Both the position numbers and the translations under genes were made by a program. Under the pieces are notes generated by a model. It had not been told where the DNA came from, did no database searches, and was given only the letters and a program-made list of their open reading frames with translations. 64,000 bases of DNA from Candidatus Poribacteria bacterium (GTDB lineage: Bacteria > Poribacteria > WGA-4E > WGA-3G). Positions 57,363 through 64,000 of this stretch are shown here, one piece after another (the first letter of the stretch is position 1; each line of letters begins with the position of its first letter). Where the stretch lies: positions 4,576,001-4,640,000 of the forward strand of contig OZ251518.1 of the NCBI GenBank assembly GCA_965242965.1, given 5' to 3'.

Positions 57363-58082
57363 ATGCGATACGCAATTTGTTTCATGCTAATTCTCTGTGC
57401 AGGCACCGTGTCTGCCGAGATTCTGTTTCAAGACGATTTTGAGAGTGGTGCTATTGACGCTGACAAATGGGAGGCGCAAGGCACATGGATAATCGAGGAC
57501 AATGCCGATAACCACGCGGTGCTCGGCGCAAAGGTGCTCGACGTTTGGGGCGGCGGTGTCGGACTCACCGTTGATGACTTCCCCGAAGAATTTGACTATT
57601 ATGCCGACTTCAAGACCATGGATGGCGGCCTCACCGGGTTCGTCTTCCACGGTAGCGATGGCAATAATATCTACATGCATCAGGTATCCACGGCGGGTTC
57701 TGGGCATACGCCGCAGCACATCCGATGGCACAGACGCGTCGATGGGAACTGGGCAGCCGAACCGGGCGCGTTTGTTGACGGCGTTGACAGGGAGCAGGAT
57801 GTCTGGTACCGCGCGAAGTTTGAAGTCCGCGCAGGCTCTAGTTTCAAGGCATACATCGGCCCAGTTGGGGCAAGTCTCGCGGATTTGGCATTGGTAAGCG
57901 AGTGGACAGATTCGGAGAGCGCGCACTCCAAAGGCAAAATCGGGTTCCGCATGAGCGGCGGTGACCGGGCGGGCGAACACGCGCAGTATGATAACATCAC
58001 CGTTGTCACCCCCGACTTTAACCCGACACCGGTTGAACCGAGAGATAAACTGGCTTTGACATGGGGAGCCCTGAAACGGTGA
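57363..58082 (+). CDS. tandem paralog of 56617-57345
   Basis: Near-identical core; AAGGAG RBS; tail PVEPRDKLALTWGALK. Confidence 0.8.
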   Translation: MRYAICFMLILCAGTVSAEILFQDDFESGAIDADKWEAQGTWIIEDNADNHAVLGAKVLDVWGGGVGLTVDDFPEEFDYYADFKTMDGGLTGFVFHGSDGNNIYMHQVSTAGSGHTPQHIRWHRRVDGNWAAEPGAFVDGVDREQDVWYRAKFEVRAGSSFKAYIGPVGASLADLALVSEWTDSESAHSKGKIGFRMSGGDRAGEHAQYDNITVVTPDFNPTPVEPRDKLALTWGALKR

Positions 58083-58084
58083 AC

Positions 58085-59089
58085 ATGTCTGAGAATCAAT
58101 TGTCCATCGGCATTATTGGCGCGGGCGGAATGGGGAGGCACCACGCCAAAGCGATTACCGACTACGGCGCGCGTGTCGTCGCTGTTCACGATGTTGTGCC
58201 TGAAGCGGCGCATGAACTCGCGACGCTTGCAGGCGCGAACATCGCAACGGATGCCTTGGATACCTTTTTTCACACGGAGATGGACGGCGTGGTGATTACC
58301 ACGCCGCCACCCGTTCGGTTAGAACCTATCCGCCGCGCGTGTGAACTCGGTATCGCGCTGATGGTTGAAAAACCACCTGCACTGAATATAGAAGAGGGAA
58401 GGCAATGCCTCGCCTACATTCAGGAAGCAGACGTAATCGCCGCTGTCGGTTTCCAACTCCGCTATCATCCGCTCTATGAACGGGTGAAGGCGTTGATTGC
58501 TTCGGAAACAGTGCACTTAGTCCGCACAGTCTGCACCTGCGATTACTATCTCAGTTTCCGCATGTCGCCGTGGTTCCTGCAGTCCGAGATAAGCGGCGGC
58601 CCGCTGGCAGAACAAGGTGTGCATGTACTGGATTGTGCCCGTTTCATCATGGGAAATCCAAAGCCGGTGCAGGCACACGCGCTCGCCGTGAAAAATATGG
58701 CATTGGAACGCAACGAGTTTGACGCTGAAAATGCCGTCCAAATGACGTATCAGTTGGACAACGGCGTTTTCGGCACACACCTCAATCACTGTGGCACCGA
58801 ACGCTTCTGTTTTGACGTTGAAGTCGTCGGGCCGCATCTCCGTTTACAAGCGAATCTCTCCGACAATCGGGTGCGCGGGTATCTCAACGGCGAGGTGATT
58901 GACGAACCTGCCGCCACCGAGAATAGTTTAGGATTGGATAAAACCGGGGCGTGGCTGCGCGCTGTTGCGACAGGGGACAGGACGCTGATTCGTTCGGATT
59001 TCGCCGATGCATTGGAGACGCTGGCACTCATTGATGCCGCTGTCAAAAGTAGAGGCACCGGCAGATTCATTCACGTGGAGGATTTGTAA
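58085..59089 (+). CDS. Gfo/Idh/MocA family oxidoreductase
   Basis: IIGAGGMG, VEKPP and VGFQLRY motifs. Confidence 0.9.
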   Translation: MSENQLSIGIIGAGGMGRHHAKAITDYGARVVAVHDVVPEAAHELATLAGANIATDALDTFFHTEMDGVVITTPPPVRLEPIRRACELGIALMVEKPPALNIEEGRQCLAYIQEADVIAAVGFQLRYHPLYERVKALIASETVHLVRTVCTCDYYLSFRMSPWFLQSEISGGPLAEQGVHVLDCARFIMGNPKPVQAHALAVKNMALERNEFDAENAVQMTYQLDNGVFGTHLNHCGTERFCFDVEVVGPHLRLQANLSDNRVRGYLNGEVIDEPAATENSLGLDKTGAWLRAVATGDRTLIRSDFADALETLALIDAAVKSRGTGRFIHVEDL

Positions 59090-59427
59090 TGGTAGATTGG
59101 GCGTATTTGCGGAACAGCTGAACCTCGTGCAAAAAAGTGCAAGAGGTTCTTGACACACAGAACGTAGCGATAGCGAATCGCTCGGATGCGCGAAAAGAGA
59201 AGTTGGATGCGACAGCGGTTTGGGAACGCCTCGGCACCGCGACGCGCGTCGTGGTAGCGAAGGGAAAGCGCGTGGAAACCTTCGTCCCAACGGAAGACGC
59301 GCAGGATGTAATTCTGAAGGCAGTCATGGGACGGAGTGGTAACCTCCGCGCGCCGACGTTGCAAATCGCCGATGTCTTTTACGTCGGATACAACGATGCT
59401 CTCTACGCGGAGGGCCCTTTCAGTTAG
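59089..59427 (+). CDS. ArsC/Spx-like thioredoxin-fold selenoprotein (UGA 59119-59121 read as Sec)
   Basis: ATG overlaps the upstream TAA, with a GGAGG RBS. Reads MVDWAYLRNS-TGA-TSCKK (UxxC) in frame with ...GRSGNLRAPT..VGYN. A hairpin follows the TGA directly. Confidence 0.8.
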
Positions 59428-59433
59428 CAGAGC

Positions 59434-59728
59434 CGGTAGGCGAGCCCTCCCGGTCTCGATTTCTTCCTAGTAGGAGAGACCTCCTGGTCTCGATGCAATC
59501 GGGCGGCGCGCCTACCGGGGCAGCGGCGGCAGAAAACCCTCCTTCATCGTAGGGCGAGGGCCTGTCCCTCGCCATGCGTTTGGCTGGCAGACCTCCTCCC
59601 CTCTGTAGGTCAGGATCGCCTGATCCTGACCCGTTCGGGAGCGGGCGCTCCCGAACTACAGAGGTAGGCCCGATGCGCGCCCCGCAAGGGGGGGATAAAT
59701 ACCGAAACGGAGTTATGAAACACCCGTA
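59434..59728. repeat. REP mosaic ending in a degenerate MITE end
   Basis: GTAG hairpins; TTATGAAACACCCGTA at 59713-59728. Confidence 0.85.
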
Positions 59729-59783
59729 GTTAGGCGCGCTTTCTCGGCGTGCATCCAAACCGCTTTAGAATAGGGAAAAACCA

Positions 59784-60545
59784 ATGGCGATTGAAAAGAT
59801 TCTCATCACCGGCGCAGCCGGATATTTGGCGCGGTTTATCATTGAACAGCTGCAACCCACATATCAACTGACGCTGGCAGACGTTATTGAACCCGTAAGA
59901 TACGACGCGCATCGCTTTATCAAAACCGATGTTACGCAGGCAGAGGAAGTTGAGGCGGCGTGTGCAGGACAAGATGCCGTAGTTCACCTCGTCGCGTTAG
60001 TACGGGAGCGGCACGGCAAACCTGCCTCGCTTTACGCAGATGTCATGGTGAAAGGCACGTGGCATGTAGCGGAGGCGTGCGTGCATCAAGGCGTGCAAAA
60101 ACTAGTGAACATCTCCAGCATCTCGGCGTGTCCACCCTCTCCCGATGGAAAGTTGCCGTATCGAGATGGCGATGCCATCCGTTTTAGCAAAGGGGACATC
60201 CATTACGCACTAGCGAAACAACTCGGTGAGCAGCTCTGTCATGCGTATCATCAAGCGCATGGGCTCAGCGTGATTCACGTCCGTCCCGGTGTCATCGCAG
60301 GCGATGGACATAATCCGGGGCCGTCAGCACCTGATGTCGTCACAGAACCGTGGTTCGTCTACGTAGAGCCGGAGGATGTGGCGCAGTGCGTTGCGCGTGC
60401 CATTGAGACAGAAACGGTGAACTATGGCGCGTATCACGCCGTCGCCGGCCGCGCCGATGCACGTTTCGATTGGAAGCAAGCAGCATCAGAGTTAGGATAT
60501 GCACCGGAACACAATTGGCCCGAGATCCCTCTCTGTAGTTTGTGA
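59784..60545 (+). CDS. NAD-dependent epimerase/dehydratase family protein
   Basis: ITGAAGYLA, VVHL and YALAK motifs; the stop now lies in a REP hairpin. Confidence 0.9.
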   Translation: MAIEKILITGAAGYLARFIIEQLQPTYQLTLADVIEPVRYDAHRFIKTDVTQAEEVEAACAGQDAVVHLVALVRERHGKPASLYADVMVKGTWHVAEACVHQGVQKLVNISSISACPPSPDGKLPYRDGDAIRFSKGDIHYALAKQLGEQLCHAYHQAHGLSVIHVRPGVIAGDGHNPGPSAPDVVTEPWFVYVEPEDVAQCVARAIETETVNYGAYHAVAGRADARFDWKQAASELGYAPEHNWPEIPLCSL

Positions 60546-60845
60546 TCGCCTGATCACAAACGGGTATGCACCGGAACACAGTCGGCCCGGAATACCGTAG
60601 CGCGGGGGCCCTCGGATGCCATACGCGCATGCGAGCGGGTTTCCCCCGCGATCTCCATGTATGCACCGGAACACAATTGGCCCGAAATACCTCTCTGTAG
60701 TTTGTGATCGCCTGATCACAAACGGGTATACACCGGAACACAATCGGCCCGGAATACCGTAGCGCGAGGGCCCTCGGATGCCATACGCGCATGCGAGCGG
60801 GTTTCCCTCGCGATCCTCGTATGCACCGGAACACAATCGACCCGA
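60498..60845. repeat. five copies of a ~26-bp gene-end fragment alternating with two REP hairpin types
   Basis: TATGCACCGGAACACAATTGGCCCGA-like copies at 60498, 60565, 60660, 60727 and 60820. Confidence 0.92.
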
Positions 60846-60860
60846 AATTCCAGAAAAACA

Positions 60861-61895
60861 ATGCAAATAGACGAGAAACGCGCAACAGGCCGCTACTACA
60901 CCCGCGGAAATCCATTTCTATTGAAACCTTTCCGCGCGTGGGCAGAAGCACTCAACCTAAACCAACAGACCGTTTTAGAACCCTTCGCCGGCGATAATAG
61001 CATTCCGCAACTTATCCGGGAAGCACAGTTGCAGTGCCGAGACTGGGCTCTTTTCGACATCAAGCCCGCCGCCGCCGAGGTCAAACAGCACGATACACTC
61101 GCCGATTTTCCGAAAGGGTTTGACGTGTGTATCACGAACCCGCCGTGGCTTGCGCGCAACTCGGCGACGCGCCGAGGACTGCCGTTTCCAAGCGATACCC
61201 AACACAATGATATCTACAAATACGCATTAGAAAAATGCTTAACAAATTGCAAGTGGGTCGCGGCGATTATCCCAGAGGCGTTCATTCGGAGTGGGTTGTT
61301 CCTGCATCGGTTGCGCGATTTCGTCTCATTAGTTCCGCAAGAGCAACAGGTGCAAGGTTGCAAACCGAACCTACCGGGGGATGGAGCAAAAGTGTCACCC
61401 TTCATGTTTGCGGATACCGAACATCCTGTTGGGCTTGCGCTGTTTGGGCCCCCAGTAATTACGCTTTCCGTGAAAATCTGGCGCAACAATCAACTCCTCG
61501 GCGAACTAGAAAAACTCCGTTCACATCTGCCGCCCCGTTCCCACAATCGCGAGATTGTGTTCAATGAACCGATGGGAAATGTCGGACTCATTGCGATAGA
61601 TAACACCGTCGCCGCCTCTATTCGTTTTTGTCCACCGGCGGAGTTAGCCGGGTATTCTGTCCGTTATCAGGGACGTTTCATCACGAAGCTCCACGTGCCG
61701 TGGGAGGTGGATGTAGTGGAGCTCAATGCGCACCTTGCGAACATCCGTGAGAAGACGCACGATGTCTTTCTGACTGCGTTCAAAGGGCTGCGCCGTGATG
61801 GGCAATATCGGCGGCGGTTGGATTGGGCATTGGCTCGCGCGATTGTCGATGCAGCGCGATCGGAAACCGCAGAATTATTCCGTTCTGTCCAGTAG
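60861..61895 (+). CDS. DNA adenine methyltransferase-like protein
   Basis: GRYYT, LEPFAG, FDI and ITNPPW motifs. Confidence 0.8.
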   Translation: MQIDEKRATGRYYTRGNPFLLKPFRAWAEALNLNQQTVLEPFAGDNSIPQLIREAQLQCRDWALFDIKPAAAEVKQHDTLADFPKGFDVCITNPPWLARNSATRRGLPFPSDTQHNDIYKYALEKCLTNCKWVAAIIPEAFIRSGLFLHRLRDFVSLVPQEQQVQGCKPNLPGDGAKVSPFMFADTEHPVGLALFGPPVITLSVKIWRNNQLLGELEKLRSHLPPRSHNREIVFNEPMGNVGLIAIDNTVAASIRFCPPAELAGYSVRYQGRFITKLHVPWEVDVVELNAHLANIREKTHDVFLTAFKGLRRDGQYRRRLDWALARAIVDAARSETAELFRSVQ

Positions 61896-62097
61896 GAGAG
61901 ACTTCCTGGTCTCGGTGGCCCCGTAAAATCCTACGCGCCGACAGCATGGCGGGGGACAGGCCCCCGCCCTACGCGCAAACGGCATGCAAGGGACAGTAGG
62001 AGAGACTTCCTGGTCTCGATTTTTAAACCTATCGGGACAGGGATGTCCCGCCTACCGAGGCAGCATGGCGGGGGACAGGCCCCCGCCCTACGCGCAG
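61891..62097. repeat. REP mosaic with duplicated modules
   Basis: AGTAGGAGAGACTTCCTGGTCTCG twice; CAGCATGGCGGGGGACAGGCCCCCGCCCTACGCGCA twice. Confidence 0.88.
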
Positions 62098-62116
62098 ATA
62101 GCAATGCCTTTTTTTC

Positions 62117-62145
62117 TTGAAAAATAAAACAATTGCATCTATAAT
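62117..62145 (+). promoter_or_regulatory. sigma70 promoter
   Basis: TTGAAA-17 nt-TATAAT. Confidence 0.65.
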
Positions 62146-62198
62146 AAGAAATAAACCGTGCTCAAACACTTTAAACGAAAAGAAAGAACTGACGATTT

Positions 62199-64000
62199 AT
62201 GAACCTAACGCGCATCCAAAATAGCATCAACACCTTCGCCGAAACGCCACTGCGCGAGGCATCAACGCGCCTCCTCAACGCCCTCGGTTACCATAGCGAT
62301 AGGACCGGAAACGAAGGCATGGATACCCAGGTATTCCAGTCTCTCAGAGAAGCCGCAGCAGCGCGCCGCGCGCAAGCACCACCCGATGCCCTTGATAGAC
62401 TTCGTATTAACGACTGGGAGAAGTTCCACCTCATCTTCCAGCTCTCCGATGACGAAATCAATCGGCAGGAAACGCTGTTTGAACCCCCGAATGTTGACTC
62501 GGGTCTGATGCTCTCCTATATCTTTGTCGCCGTGCAACTCAGGGGTGAGAACTGGACGCGCACGCAACTCGCCGACATCACCCGGTTTATCAACACGCAA
62601 ATCGTCGTGCCGATTATGGTGATGTTCCGATACGGCGATGTGCTAACGCTTGCTATCATCAACCGCCGATGGCACAAGCGCGATGAAACCAAGCGGGTGC
62701 TGGAAAAGGTGACGCTGATCAAGGACATCAACCTGCGCAATCCGCACCGCGCGCATCTTGATATCCTTGCCGAATTGCATCTGGAGTCCCTTCTTGAGAC
62801 TGAAGAGGTGCGTAATTTTGAATCGCTACACAAGGCGTGGGAAGGCGTGCTCAGCACCGAAACTCTCAACCGCAAGTTCTACCGAGAACTGTATGAATGG
62901 TATGACTGGGCAAAATCGGAATGCCGGTTTCCGGATGACGAGACTGAACAGCAAGTTATCCGCATGATTACCCGATTGCTGTTCGTCTGGTTTTTGAAAG
63001 AGAAAGGTTTGGTGCCGCCAGCTCTCTTCACAGAATCGGCGAGAGACGCGCTCTCTGTGCCGGCGGACCAGGAAGACGCATACTACAAGGCAATCCTGCA
63101 GAATCTCTTCTTCGCGACGCTGAATACGCCGATAGCCGAACGCGCCTTCAGCACCGAGGATAACCGAAGCCATCGCGATGCAAGCAAATATCGCTACGCC
63201 GCGCTGCTGCACGAACCCGACGCATTTCTCGAAGAACTCAAGCAGGTGCCGTTTGTCAACGGCGGACTGTTCGACTGCCTTGATACGTTTGAGGCGACGC
63301 GCTATGGCGGCGTGCGCATCGATTGCTTCACTGATAACGAAAACGACACGCAAAAACTGCACGTGCCGGACAAACTTTTCTTCAACGACGAAAAAGGCAT
63401 CTTCCCGTTCTTTTCGCGCTATAAGTTTACCGTTGAGGAAAACACGCCGGTCGAACAGGAAGTCGCGCTTGAACCGGAACTCCTCGGGCGCGTGTTCGAG
63501 AACCTGCTCGGTGACTATAACCCTGAAACGCAGTCTAGCGCGCGGAAATCCACCGGTTCTTACTACACGCCGCGCCAGATTGTCGACTACATGGTAGACG
63601 AGGCACTCATCGCCTATTTCCTGCAGAAAGTTGAACCCTTCGATGGCAACAGGGACTCCCTAGAGGAACGCCTCCGCGATGATCTACTCGCTTATGAAGC
63701 ACAGGGGGATGCCGATTCGCAAACAGGACATCTCATCCACGAGAATGAGGTGACGCAACTCATCCAAGCGATAGACGAACTCAAACTGTTGGACCCGGCC
63801 GTCGGCTCCGGTGCCTTCCCGATGGGCATCCTAAACAAACTGGTGCTTGTCCTGAAAAAGTTGGACCCGCAGAATGAGCAGTGGAAGGAACGTCAACGTC
63901 GGCAGGCACGAGTCATTCTGGATAGCCAGGTCCGGAATTACACGCTTGACGCGATTGAGAGAGCCTTTGCCGAAGAAAATCGGTATAACGACTACGGCAG
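62199..64000 (+). CDS. Eco57I-like type IIG restriction-modification protein (3' partial; not in ORF track)
   Basis: ATG at 62199 (MNLTRIQNS...ALGY). Manual translation gives VPFVNGGLFD, YKFTVEENTP, PELLGRVFENLL, RKSTGSYYTPRQIVDYMV and LDPAVGSGAFPMG; the gene runs off the window end. Confidence 0.88.
   Translation, partial: MNLTRIQNSINTFAETPLREASTRLLNALGYHSDRTGNEGMDTQVFQSLREAAAARRAQAPPDALDRLRINDWEKFHLIFQLSDDEINRQETLFEPPNVDSGLMLSYIFVAVQLRGENWTRTQLADITRFINTQIVVPIMVMFRYGDVLTLAIINRRWHKRDETKRVLEKVTLIKDINLRNPHRAHLDILAELHLESLLETEEVRNFESLHKAWEGVLSTETLNRKFYRELYEWYDWAKSECRFPDDETEQQVIRMITRLLFVWFLKEKGLVPPALFTESARDALSVPADQEDAYYKAILQNLFFATLNTPIAERAFSTEDNRSHRDASKYRYAALLHEPDAFLEELKQVPFVNGGLFDCLDTFEATRYGGVRIDCFTDNENDTQKLHVPDKLFFNDEKGIFPFFSRYKFTVEENTPVEQEVALEPELLGRVFENLLGDYNPETQSSARKSTGSYYTPRQIVDYMVDEALIAYFLQKVEPFDGNRDSLEERLRDDLLAYEAQGDADSQTGHLIHENEVTQLIQAIDELKLLDPAVGSGAFPMGILNKLVLVLKKLDPQNEQWKERQRRQARVILDSQVRNYTLDAIERAFAEENRYNDYG

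Noticed and set aside
56617-58082. Diversity-generating retroelement TR/VR pair
   Set aside because: Both copies are full genes, the differences are not evidently adenine-specific, and there is no reverse transcriptase; this is a simple tandem paralogy.
60498-60845. CRISPR array
   Set aside because: The 'repeat' is the coding end of the upstream gene, the 'spacers' are recurring REP hairpins rather than unique sequences, and there are no cas genes or leader.
1-64000. Autonomous transposase, RAYT, integrase or prophage
   Set aside because: No ORF with DDE, HUH/Y1, tyrosine/serine recombinase or phage structural motifs was recognised; the mobilisers must be elsewhere or lost.

Overview
Bacterial chromosomal window, GC-rich in coding regions. 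The gene style and the C-terminal 'VEPxxKLxxxWGxxK' motif suggest Candidatus Poribacteria (inference, not verified). About 55 CDS: housekeeping genes (nuoABC, potBC-like, alr, dapA, dapF, dusB, rluD-like, phhB), carbohydrate and redox enzymes, a solute symporter pair, and an RDD/SpoIIM/DUF58/MoxR/DUF4350/DUF4129 cluster. The defence set is dense: two type IIG R-M fusions, two further DNA methyltransferases, a Uma2 nuclease, an orphan MNT, and three paralogous HicB-like antitoxin / RelE-ParE-like toxin pairs. The most striking non-coding feature is a modular repeat system in nearly every intergenic gap, built from several classes of GTAG-footed REP-like hairpins. These hairpins (i) are packaged as variable cargo in MITE-like cassettes with TGAGGGTGTTTCATA terminal inverted repeats and 6-7 bp target duplications, (ii) sit between 18-32 bp duplications of host gene ends, producing CRISPR-looking arrays, and (iii) insert in-frame into proteins (dapF, alr, an MTase). 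No mobilising enzyme is encoded in the window. The ORF track misses an ArsC-family selenoprotein (UGA in a UxxC motif plus a downstream hairpin, 59089-59427). No rRNA, tRNA or true CRISPR array was recognised.
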